Of a stretch of DNA of 64,000 nucleotides, positions 28,100 to 40,400 are shown one piece after another. The translations under genes were made by a program, and so were the position numbers. The DNA is from Haliotis rufescens (lineage: Eukaryota), in the NCBI RefSeq assembly GCF_023055435.1, contig NW_025963957.1:8246001-8310000 (forward strand), in the 5' to 3' direction. Numbering within the stretch: the first letter of the stretch is position 1; every line of letters starts with the position of its first letter. The notes beneath the pieces are model-generated. The model was not told the DNA's origin, did not search any database, and was given only the letters and a program-made list of their open reading frames with translations.

Positions 28100-28800
28100 A
28101 CAGCAAATAATCTTTTAAAATAAGAAGCATGAACCTACTATATTTCTTCAGTATAACTGGAGCCCCAAATCCCTGCACCATATACAAAAATTGGTGACAT
28201 TCATTTTCCAGAAGGTATACTGCCTGTTGAAAATGTAATATACACTTGTTTTCTTTAAATAGTTTATAGATTGTGAGTAGAGCTTTCTATGCCTTAGCAG
28301 CAAGCGTTTTGTAGGCCACTGACAAATTTAACCGCGAAGACAACATTAAAGCTAGATATTTGTGATAGGAAACAACTCCCATATTTACATTACGAAACGA
28401 CCACTTGCGCACGTGTACCACCTTTTCGAAATACAACTATATTTGACTTGTCTAGGTCGAGCCCCTAAGTATCACAAAACTGCTGAAGAGCGGGATTGTA
28501 GACCTTTCACTGCATAGGAAAACATAACTACATGTATATTATCACCAAATAAAAGTCAAACTAGATCCTTATTTTTTTTAGTTACAAATATCCCGTTGCT
28601 GCATTTCTCACCAATGGCATCAACAAGTTCATTTACAAAAGAAAACTCATGATGCAGCCCTGTCGCACACCTGATATGACATTAAACGTGTCTTACCCGA
28701 GTTAGTTTTCGCACATTCAGCAATTGACTCATACATGCTCTTTAAAATTAAATATATTTCCATGACATCCTTTAGTATGTAATATATATAAAAGTGTTTT
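28100..28800 (-). mobile_element. Decayed LINE RT fragment
   Basis: GVRQGCIMS, LLFGD...SYAVKGLQ, HKYLAL and YGAGIWG motifs with indels. Confidence 0.65.
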
Positions 28801-29201
28801 TTTGTCCTATCTACAAGGTCGAATGTCTATGAATGCACAGTAGACACGGCCTTTAGGCCTAGATAATAAGAACACAGAGCTTGAAAGGTAATTGTATTGT
28901 CAGTTGTAGAATACATGGTTGTGCTTGACTAAGTAGTTTATTTAGGTCAACCAATCAGCGTAAACGATTTTCTAAAATGTTTGTATGAGTGTAGCCCGAG
29001 ATATCTGGGAGAGAGTTGGATGGTTCACTCAATTTACGAACGATCACACCTCGTCTTACTCAAGGCAATATACCCAAATTCAATACCTTATCAAATAAGT
29101 AGAGGGATACCAACATGGTTGGCGTGTTTACAGGACCCTATTCCAACATGGTCAACGCATTGATGGCATTTTATCAAACATTCTGGGTGGGTTGTCGACA
29201 T

Positions 29202-29840
29202 GACCATATTCCCACAAGCGTGAGATATTTACAGGACTGTATTCCAAGGTGGGCATGTATACAGGGCCATATTCCCACAAGCGTGAGATATTTACAGGAC
29301 GATATTCCAAGGTGGGCATGTATACAAGACCATATTCCCACAAGCACGAGATATTTACAGGACGGTATTCCAAGGTGGGCATGTATACAGGACCATATTC
29401 CCACAAGCGTGAGATATTTACAGGACGGTATTCCAAGGTGGGCATGTATACAGGACCATATTCCCACAAGCGTGAGATATTTAAAGGACAGTATTCCAAG
29501 ATGAGCATGTATTCAGGACCATATTCCCACAAGCATGAGTGATAACAGGACGGTATTCCAAGGTGGGCATGTACACGTGACCATATTCCCACAAGCGTGA
29601 GATATTTACAGTACGGTATTCCAAGGTGAGCATGTATACAGGACCATATTCCCACAAGTGTGAGATATTTACAGGACAGTATTCCAAGGTGGGCATGTAT
29701 ACAGGACCGTATTCCCACAAGCATGAGATATTTACAGGACGGTATTCCAAGGTGGGCATGTATACAGGACCGTATTACCACAAGCATGAGATATTTACAG
29801 GACAGTATTCCAAGGTGGGCATGTATACAGGACAGTATTG
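29202..29840. repeat. 63 bp tandem repeat
   Basis: GACCATATTCCCACAAGCGTGAGATATTTACAGGACGGTATTCCAAGGTGGGCATGTATACAG. Confidence 0.95.
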
Positions 29841-30555
29841 CTACAAGTATAAGTTGAAATAAGGGAAATGTATTTTTATCATTAATATATATTTATTTGA
29901 TTATATGACTATTTGGATATCATACCTGTTTTCATTCTTAGTGATTTGAAAATACTGTACATAACAAAAGGAAACAAAGTGGTCTAATTAACAGTTTTAT
30001 TAACATGATAAAAAAGACATAAAACATATCTGAAAACATCATGTAGATGACATAAATTAAATATATACTGTACATGTACAATTTGACATGGGTTATCATA
30101 AAAATGTTTGAGTAGAGACACTCACAGGTGAACAAATCAGTGGAGTTATTATGAACGGATAAGAAGTAAACATGTATCAGCTTTTCTTGTCATGGTCATG
30201 TAAATAAATAATAAGGCAGACATTGTTACTGAGATACCCCAAACTTCATTCATAAGATCAAAGTTTTGCTTATGATCATGACCCAATTTACACTGAGAAA
30301 CCCCACCTGTCACCTTGATGCCGCAAGATTCACGAGACATCCCAAGCTTTACTGAGACACCTCAACCATCCATGAAACATCTCAAATTCAATGAGACACC
30401 TCAATCATCAATGAGACACCCCATGTTTCACTGAGACACCTCAACCGTCAATGAGACACCCCACGTGTCACTGAGACACCTCAATCATTAATGAGACACT
30501 CTATGTTTCCCTGAGACGCCTCAACCGTCAATGAGATGCCCCAAACTTCAATGAG

Positions 30556-30922
30556 GTGAGGTGAAATGGGGTTTAACGTCCCGTTAAAGATTATTGCACG
30601 TATATAGCGTCATGCATGCATGCATGTGTGTGTGTGTGTGTGTCTGTGTCTGTGTCTGCTTGTACTAGTCCAGACTGATGCCGATTTTATAGTGCTAGGC
30701 CACTGAGATACCATGCCGCAGTTTAACATGAATACCCAACTCAGACACAGTATACTGGCTCCGAGCCGACGAGTCCTTGTTTTAGCCCCTTAATGCCAAG
30801 CGCCAGACAGGGTAACAACAAGTACCATCTTTTAATGTCTTTTGGTATGACACGGCTGGGGATCGAACCACGGACCTTCTGCTCTCCGGGTAGACGTTCT
30901 ATGACTAGACCACAAAGGCGGT
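30556..30922 (-). mobile_element. tRNA-headed SINE with Meta-like core (family B)
   Basis: Head TGGTCTAGT..GGTTCGATCC, core CATACCAAAAGACATTAAAAGATGGTAC..GCATTAAGGG, (CACCT)n tail, 16 bp TSD CCCAAACTTCAATGAG at 30540-30555 and 30923-30938. Confidence 0.85.
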
Positions 30923-31063
30923 CCCAAACTTCAATGAGATGCCCCAAGCTTCACCGAGACATCACTAGATGACAAATGCTTCACCAATCTTAACTGCTAA
31001 TGCCAGTCTCAAGGGCATCTAGATCTGGAACCTATTAGGTCCTGTCAAAAAGACAACAAAACT

Positions 31064-31408
31064 TCACAAGTTGAAGTTGAAGCCATGTTGAGTGCTGGTC
31101 ACCTCCTTATACACGGTGTTGTCCTGCAGGGTGACGGGGCCAGACAGAGTCTCCTGGGCTGCAGGGTGTAAGCCGGACTCTTCCACTTCCTTACATGAAT
31201 CACTCCGAAACATGGCGCCCCTCAGGTTCAGAGCTGCTGTAGGTTCATGTGTGTTGAAGGTCAAGGTGAAATCCTCCTTTTGGAGATCACGCAGGAGGTG
31301 AGACACGTTGAGCACATGGTGAGGGAGGATGGGTCCGGACATTTCTATAACATGGCCTTTCTGGAAATTCCCTGAAGCATCTGTCTGTTTGGCCACCGAG
31401 TGCTTCAG
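31064..31408 (-). CDS. DONSON: DONSON coding exon 10 (last)
   Basis: ttctgcag|LKHSVAKQ...EMSGPILPHHV...GFNFNL*. Confidence 0.9.
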   Translation of the reverse strand: MKHSVAKQTDASGNFQKGHVIEMSGPILPHHVLNVSHLLRDLQKEDFTLTFNTHEPTAALNLRGAMFRSDSCKEVEESGLHPAAQETLSGPVTLQDNTVYKEVTSTQHGFNFNL

Positions 31409-34400
31409 CTGCAGAAAGGAGATAGTGTGAATGTCTCGGCCGATGACACATAGAGAATCACTGACAAAAGTGTGTGCAAGCCCCGGATTTTGTCCACTTT
31501 TATCAACTCGTGTTGATATATTTGATATCATAAGACACTCAGCTGAGATTTTATTTATCATCCAACATCATTCTTCCAACTTTATCAGTTTGTAGAAAGT
31601 AATAAGCAGTGTCTTAAGTGTAAAAAGTACTGCTACCAGCTTCAGTAGCAGAGCCATTAGTGATGATGTCATTTGATTGTGACATCATGGTATAATTTTA
31701 TAATTTAAAGTTTACACGATATACAGCTTTTCAATTGGACGAGAGGTCGGTCACATGACCGCGAAATTGATGTTCATAAGTGTATGAACAACACAATTTG
31801 ACGTTCATACGTTTTTCACGAGACCATGTTCTTGTAATGACGTAAACACTGACGGACTACTTCCACATTCCTGGGGAAACCCCTGGGAATTCCCTAGCTC
31901 CGACGTTCATACAGTTTGGCCCTCACTCTATGAAGGTTCATACTCCAATGAACTCACACAAAGTGAAAGTCAATTCTTAAAACAAATGACATCACAATGG
32001 TCTGCAAAACATTGTGATGCAATTTCATTGCAGCGATATCTACAATGTAGATAGCGCTTCATGTCACCCAAGCGATATCTCCTGTGGGAGCCAGTTTTGG
32101 ATGATAAATAACAGTAAGCCCTGGTGATGACAAGTGATATGACAGGCGCTTCAGCTAATGACAAGTGATATTACGTGCACTTCCCCTAATGACAGTGACA
32201 TGTAATGAACGGTCAGCTGCAGAAAAGTGATATTATGAGTACTTCAGCTGATGACAAGAGATATAATTAGAGTACATGTATGACTTACTCACTTTATTAG
32301 GTTTGAGTGTGGCTCCTTTGAATGCCGTGGGAGCAAGGATGGTTGGGGGGATGCCGGCCTGGGGACCACTGGTGGCGGTGCAGCTCCGGCAGTTGAGGAG
32401 AAAGTTGAACATCGCCTGGACGTCAGCACCTTCCACGTACACCAGGGACTCAGGCCTGTTGTCTACACGCCGGAATCCTTCACGCTGACTTCACCAGTTA
32501 AGGAAATAATAACTGCATATTTTTGTATAGGTCTATCAGTGGATGAGTAGGTCTATCAGTGGATGAGTAGGTCTACCAGTGCATGAGTAGGTCTATCAGT
32601 GGGTGGATTGGGTCTATCAGTGGATGAGTAGGTCTATCAGTTTGTGAGTAGGCCTATCAGTGTATAATCAGTTTATTATGTGTATAATCAAACTTTCACT
32701 CGCTACATTTGTTCAATAATGATTTAAAAGCCAACTCACCCTTGTGGCGTCACTACCCTGCCTATGCCTTCCTTGTTCCTTAGTTTTACACACATTATCT
32801 TCACAGTGTTCCCTCATACACTTTTCTGCCAGAAAATCACGCAACAAATTATTTACTACGTACTCGTGAATTAGACATCTGACTCCTAGAGACATTTTCA
32901 GCTCACGCTATATCGGCTCATTCCTCACCTTTCGGTATCATCTAGATTGCGGAATGGGACGAGTGTGCGAAGTGGCATCAGGATCACTCATATAAGTGTC
33001 CGTAGACTAGCATCAAGAGACACCATGCCCACCCGTAACCTTCGTAAGTGTCTGTCACCACTTCGACCCTTTCTTTTCAGTTCTGTAACGTCTTTGGAAG
33101 GACCAGGTCAACAGTGAGGCCGTAGACTGGTTGGTAAGATGTTGGGCTACAAATCCAAAGGTGGCAAGTTCACTTCCAACTTGCTTGTCTCAGTGACATG
33201 TGACCTATGGCAGAGATTGTCCTCACGAGAAGTTGTATTCTGAAACTGCTCCACTCATCTTAAGGTTGATTGTGTAACTACAAAATATCAACACATACAA
33301 TACACTGAACAACTACTGATCCTGTGCTGTCACCTGGCTGTGAACTAGGGGAACCCATGGCCCAGCAGTGTGGGTGAGATGGACAAAGGGAGACAACTAC
33401 ATGTGGCATCTACCCGATGTGGGTGAGATGGACAAAGGGAGACAACTACATGTGGCATCTACCTGATGTGGGTGAGATGGACAAAGGGAGACAACTACAT
33501 GTGGTATGTACCTGATGTGGGTGAGATGAACAAAGGGAGACAACTGCATGTGGCATCTACCTGATATGGGTGAGATGGACAAAGGGAGACAAGCAACTAT
33601 CAGCTCTGGGTAAATCAGACTGAGGAGGATACAGTTTGACCTTGTTCGGGTCGAGTGAGGGGAAGCTCTTTTTGTCGAGGCCCATGCTCTCCAACCACAC
33701 AGATGCACCTTCATCATTGTCAATCAGATCATCATCCTCGTCATCATAGCTGCAGGCAGTCCTGTACAATACAAGGTAATGAGGGCATTTTACAACACAG
33801 ACACAGCACCCTACTGCTAAAACACAGACACAACAATCTACTGCTAAAACAGACACAACAACCTACCACTAAAACACTGACACAGCAGTCTATTGCTAAA
33901 ACACAGACACATCAAACTATTGCTAAAGCACAGACACACCAATAAATTGCTCAAGTGAAGACACAGCAATCGATTGCTAAAACACAGATACAACAGCCTA
34001 CTAGTAAAACACAGACACATCAATCCACTTCTAAAACACAGACACAACAGTCTATTGCTAAAACACAGACACAGTAATCTACTGCTAAACACAGACACAG
34101 CAGTCTAATGCTAAAACACAGACACAGCAATAAATTGCTTAAGCGAAGACACAGCAATCTATTGCTAAACACAGACACAACAACCTACTGCTAAAACACA
34201 GACACAACAATCTACTGCTAAACACAGACACAACAACCTACTGCTAAAACACAGACACAACAATCTACTGCTAAACACAGACACAACAACCTACTACTAA
34301 ACACAGACACAACAACCTACTGCTAAACACAGACAGGGCAACCTACTGCTAAAACACAAACACAGCAATCTGCTGCTAAACACAGACACAACAACCTACT

Positions 34401-37400
34401 GCTAAAACACAAACACAGCAATCTGCTGCTAAAACACAGAAACAGCAATTTACTGCTAAAACACAGAAACAGCAATTTACTGCTAAAACACCGAAACAGC
34501 AATTTACTGCTAAAACACCGAAACAGCAATCTGCTGCTAAAACACAGACACAGCAATCTGCTGCTAAAACACAAACACAGCAATATATTGCTAAAACGCA
34601 GACACAGCAATCTCCTGCTAAAACACAGACACAGCAACATACTTATGGGGACCTGATGGCTGTGGGGGTTGTGGCACCGCTGCTGGGTCTGTGTTCTGGT
34701 CAGACTCGAGAGCAGAGCCTCTCTCAGGAGACAATTCTAGCTTCTTCCCCTCCAAGTTGGGCATCCGGAAACTGATGCCTGGAAGTGTCACAAAGATAAG
34801 GGTGAGTTGGTGTAACGCACGCACAAAGACATATACACACACAGAAACACAGATACAGACACACATACAGATGTGTGACACACAAAATGTTTATCGGGTT
34901 TCCCACTTTACTGAAGCAAATGCTCACTACCACATACAGCTACGTTTCGGTGTTTCGGTGTAGGTTCAAGTGACCACTTGTGTTGTAATGGTGTTAGAAC
35001 CTACACCGCAATGTCGCTCCTAATTGTAAAAAAGAAGTTGTTCAACAATACATCTTATCCTTACTTAGTACTCCAACTTGTAAATGCCTCTCAAAGAAGT
35101 TCAGTTCAGCATGATTCCAAGTAATGTGTTAACAACATACCGTCTTGCTTGAATGCCTCCCTCAGACCACGGGTTGTCGGTGTGAGACAAGCGTTGATGT
35201 TAGTCTGACTGCTGACCCCTGCAGCACGGAACACCACCGTGAACTGATGAGTGCACAGATAGAAATATGGGCATTTCCCGGCTCTCAGTAGGTGGAACAC
35301 GGATGTCAAGCTCTCCGTCCTAAAACCACACAAGAGTCACAGTCCCCTAGAAGTTGCTACATCAAACATATCAATCAAAAGAGGCCCATAGGGCCTGTAT
35401 CGCTCACCTGGATATTTACCCAATCATGACAAAATATACATTTGCATTGTACATGTATATAATACTGCATGTAACATTTAAAATGAGTGGATAGCAAATC
35501 TGACAGCATGAACATGTATTTCTCTACATACAATGCAGTATAAAGATCTGAACCGTTTCCATGTTATGATCAAGGATAAACCATATCATAGGCATTACTC
35601 TCTTCATAACAAACAAATTTATACAATGTATCTGTTTATTATAGGGTCGGGATAATATCAGTTTGCATGTTATGGTCAAGGTTCTAACTCCTTCCGGAGT
35701 GTCTGACAGATGAACAGAAGTGCCACTCCTGGTAGCATATGTGCATTCCTCTCATTATACTCTCAACTGTACATATGGTTAAAGACCTGTGAAGATCCGG
35801 GATAGAAGAGGTCTTCAGCAATCCATGCTTGCTGTAAAAAGAGACTGCTTGTCGTAAGAGGCGACTATCAGGTTCAGACTCAATTATTTACAGACTGCTG
35901 TCATATAGCTGGAATATTGCTGAGTGTGGCGTTCAACAACAAACCAACCAACCAATATATGGTTATACGGTGGGGATCTTAACTGTGTCCAAGTTATAAA
36001 CTCTTTTCAGCCCTGCCCCTTAGTCCCCAGGGAAGGGGGTAGGGTTCAGCCCCTCCATTTCTCCAGTTGGAATCCCCACCATTGGAGAATGCTTCCAACC
36101 AAATATGGTTGATAACTATCTCTAAGTTCCAGAGAGGAAGTCGTTTAAAACAATAACGCCAAATTACTCCTATTTGGCCCCGACCCCGACCCTGGCCCTC
36201 AGCCCCTCCATTTATACACTTTTGAATCCTCACCACCGGAGAATGCTTCCAACCAAATATGGTTGATATCTATCTATTAGTTCCAGAGAAGAAGTCGTTT
36301 AAAGCAGTATAGCCAAATTGCCCCTATTTGGCCCCGCCCCTCAGCCCCACCATTTGTACAATTTTGAATCCCCAACACCGGAAAATCACCATGTTATAGC
36401 TTCCAGATTTCACTGAAAGGTGGAGCAGAACAACAGCCAAGTTGTGTTGGCGCCTTCTGAGGTTGAACATCCTTAGAGAGCAAGTGACTTCCACTTGTCT
36501 TCGAATGGGTGTTTAAAATATCAGCAGAATTCTGAGAGAAGTGTTTGTAAGACACAATAGCTTGGATCATTCCTGCAATGTTTCAACATCACCTTTACTT
36601 TCAGAGAAGTTGTGGACAATGTCAAACTTAACGATCGATGGATCCTGTTAGTCAGGTGAGTTGTGAAAATATTCCAATGTCAACCTAACCCTGTGCCAGG
36701 ACCAACCTCGGGGACACTCAGTGTCTTACCAGTCTCTGTGCAGGGCAACTGTGGCTTCGTCGTTGGATCCCACAATACTGACATTGCTGGAACAGACAGA
36801 CAAAGGTGTTACCATCTTCAACTTAAACAAGTAGGCTAGTACTATGTCCCTCTCAACCGCTGCAGCAGAACAATCCTAAAAGTGGAAACTCAAGAGGAGT
36901 ATAGTCATTTAGCGAAAAAGTTTTTTTTTGTTAATGTCACAAAAAAAAATTATTTTGACTGTAAAAACTTTGAACAAGAGGCATCAAAAAATCCCCTGGC
37001 CCCCACACATTCGAAAGAACAAATAATCTGACTGTTAGTTAAGTCCAACTTGATTAGAGAATGCCAATCTAATTTGTCCGTCCATATACAAGAGTAGTTA
37101 TTGAGCTGTTGGGATTCAGAGCTTTGTATTTCTATGTCAGGTCAAACCAATATGAACAGAGTCAAAGTCAAACTTGTTGCCATGGAAACAAGGAACAAAA
37201 AATCTAAAAATCCCAAAATAGCAAAAGGCATCAGTTGACAACATGGTTTTTGAGCGTGCAAAGTTTCATGAAAAAATACTTATTAGTTTTAGAGATATTG
37301 CCCGGAGAAACACACCACTATCAACATAGTCAAAGTCAAACTTGATGCCAAGGAAACAGAAAAATAAAAAAAATAAACAAGAGTTTGCCAATAACGTGGC

Positions 37401-40400
37401 TATATCCCCCGCCCCTGTTGCAGAATTTTATGACATGCCGTATTTGACGTAATAAGCGCCCAGGGCGCTCTCAAAATTAGAAATAGAGGGCTCTTATTAG
37501 AATATAATTTTGGTGGAAAAAAGAGTGTTGAAAGATAAATTTTGTGGTTTATGCTGACACACTGAAATGTTTATATGCGACATTTTTCCAGAATTTAATT
37601 GCCCATAATTAAGAATGCATATAACACACGAGTGCGTATTATACGCGAATAAATAATAAGTCTTGTGTACATTGATCAATTGGAAGGAGTGCTAATTGGG
37701 ATTGTTCACTAGCCAATATATTAGCAAATATCACTGTGGGCGCTTATTAGAGCGGGGCGCTTATTACGTCTAATACGGTAATTAAATCTAAACAAACTAT
37801 AACCTTATTTAACCGAGGTGGAACTTGTCATGGAAATTGTAAAAAAAAGAAGAGTTTGGAACCTAAGTCCATCTTGTTGCCATCTTATGCTCCGGAAACG
37901 AACCCTACCCTCACAGAACCTAAGTCCATCTTGTTGCCATGGAAACGTAAAAAATAAAAATTTATAAAATTACTAAAAAGCAAAAGGCACCAGTTCAGCA
38001 TGTACTTGACAGACCTGCAAAGTTTCATGAAAAAATATTGAATGTTTTTTTAGTTATGCTCTGGAAACAAAACGTGACGACGGACGTAAGTATGTACGGA
38101 CCCCGTTTCTATATCCCCCAACTTTGTTGGGCGGGGGATAATAATCACCAAATAGCAAAAGGCACCAGTTGACAACATGGTGTTTGTGTATCCAAAGTTT
38201 CATGAAGAATACTTATTAGTTTTAGAGATATGGTCCGGAAAACACACCACTATCAACAGAGTCAAATATCAAACATGTTGCCAAGGAAACAGAATTTTTT
38301 TTTTTATAAAAATCCCTAAGTAGCAAAAGGCATTAGTCGCTAACATGGTCTTTGTGTGTGCAATGTTTCATGAAAGAATACTTATTAGTTTTAGAGATAT
38401 GGTCTCGGCAAACACACTACTATGAACAGAGTCAAAGTCAAACTTGCTGCCATGGAAACAGAAAGAATGTAATCTCTAACAATTCCTAAATAGCAAAAGG
38501 CACCACTTCAGCCCCTAATTGATGGAGGTACCAAGTTTGGATTAAAATCTTTCAAGTTATGCTCTGGAAATATGGATGGACAGACAGACAGACCAGATAA
38601 TGACTACATCCACTGCATTGTATGCCAGGAGGATAATCACAAAATGCTATTACTTTGAACAGTATTTCAGATAGTGATCAGCAGATCCTAGCATGACTAA
38701 GACAAGCAACTCTACACAGTGAATACAGTGCCCTGGTGAGAGAATAGTTCCATCTGCAGCCTACCTGATCTTCTGTTCTGCTACAATGCGTGGGAAGGGC
38801 TTCACCCAGGGGATGTTAGGGTGCACCCAGTACAGACAGCAGCTGTGGAAGGTGGAGCAGCGGTCAGCATCACCGGGCCACTGACAAACAAACACCACAA
38901 GTTAACATTTACCAGTAATTATTTTTTCCCTGTTCAACACAGCCAGTCTGTGAAAAGGGGGAACCTAGTGCTTTATGGTTTAAATCTTTGAGAGAAAAGC
39001 TCTTAGAACTAACTAAACAAAACATGTGGTATGTCGAACAGATTAAGCAAAACGTAGGTTAAGAACCCCTCATCTCATCTTCTTAAAAATTACACTAAGT
39101 GGAGCACTCGTTATTCTATTTCTTCTGGAGATATTCCCTCTGACTGCAGGGAAGGATGACGGTGTACCTGGTGCTGCATCTGTACATGCTGGCTAACAGC
39201 CCGCGCCTCCTCATTCATCTTCAGCTGGGTACACCACGACAGTGACGCCTCCGACACAATCCTCATCTTCACCTTCAGACTCCAGTCCAGTGGCAAGTGC
39301 TTGTGACTCTGTACCCGAGGGGGAGCAGGACACTGTATGTTGTGGGGTGTGGGGTCCATCATCACAGGGGAATGGTTAGCAACAAACTCGGACAACTTGG
39401 TGTCAGGCGGACGTTCACTCGTAATGTCTGTTTGTGGCTGAAAAATGTTAATATCAAATGAAACCATGACATGTAGCCTACTAATTCGTGAGAGTTTTGT
39501 GTTTTTCATCTAATTACAAAACAACTACAATAACATGAGTTCTTAGATGGCTAGACATCATGCACAAGGTGCTCAAAGCGCCAACATTATTACATAGTCT
39601 TTTCAACAATCTATCAATTAATTCAAAATCTCATTAAATTGAGACTTATCTATTGTAAAAGTATTATAAACAAATAAAGAAATGGCAGATACCACCAACA
39701 CTATAACTGTGCACTGATTGTTCAACAGCTCAGTGATTCTGACACAAAAGGCTGTATATTGGTCAATGAATTGGACCCAAGAAATGTCCTGTCAATGGCA
39801 AAAGTCAGTAAGTCAAACTAATAAAAATGGTGGATGAACCATAAAAACAAATCAATGCAATACTGTTGGTGGCCAACCGGCACCTGAAACTCCGCAGTAG
39901 TGTGTACTGACTGGTTATATATCAGGTCTGTCAGCCATGACCGGCATCATCATCTGTTCCACCACTGCCAGGTAATACCTCACTGCTCTACCACTGCCAG
40001 GTAATACCTCACTGCTCTACCACTGCCAGGTAATACCTCACTGCTCTACCACTGCCAGGTAATACCTCACTGCTCTACCACTGCCAGGTAATACCTCACT
40101 GCTCTACCACTGCCAGGTAATACCTCACTGCTCTACCACTGCCAGGTAATGCCTCACTGCTCTACCACTGCCAGGTAATACCTCACTGCTCTACCACTGC
40201 CAGGTAATACCTCACTGCTCTACCACTGACAGGTAATACCTCACTGCTCTACCACTGCCAGGTAATAGTATTATACCTCACTGCTCTACCACTGCCAGGT
40301 AATACCTCACTGCTCTACCACTGCCAGGTAATACCTCACTGCTCTACCACTGCCAGGTAATACCTCACTGTTCCACCACTGCCAGGTAATACCTCACTGC

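Larger units (their letters stand above)
36973..38636 (+). mobile_element. HINE/DINE-1-like element with internal ~170 bp repeats, carrying nested insertions
   Basis: Starts AACAAGAG; repeated cagagtcaaagtcaaacttg..atagcaaaaggca..aagtttcatgaa units; (GACA)n near the 3' end; ends ggaggataa. Confidence 0.6.
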
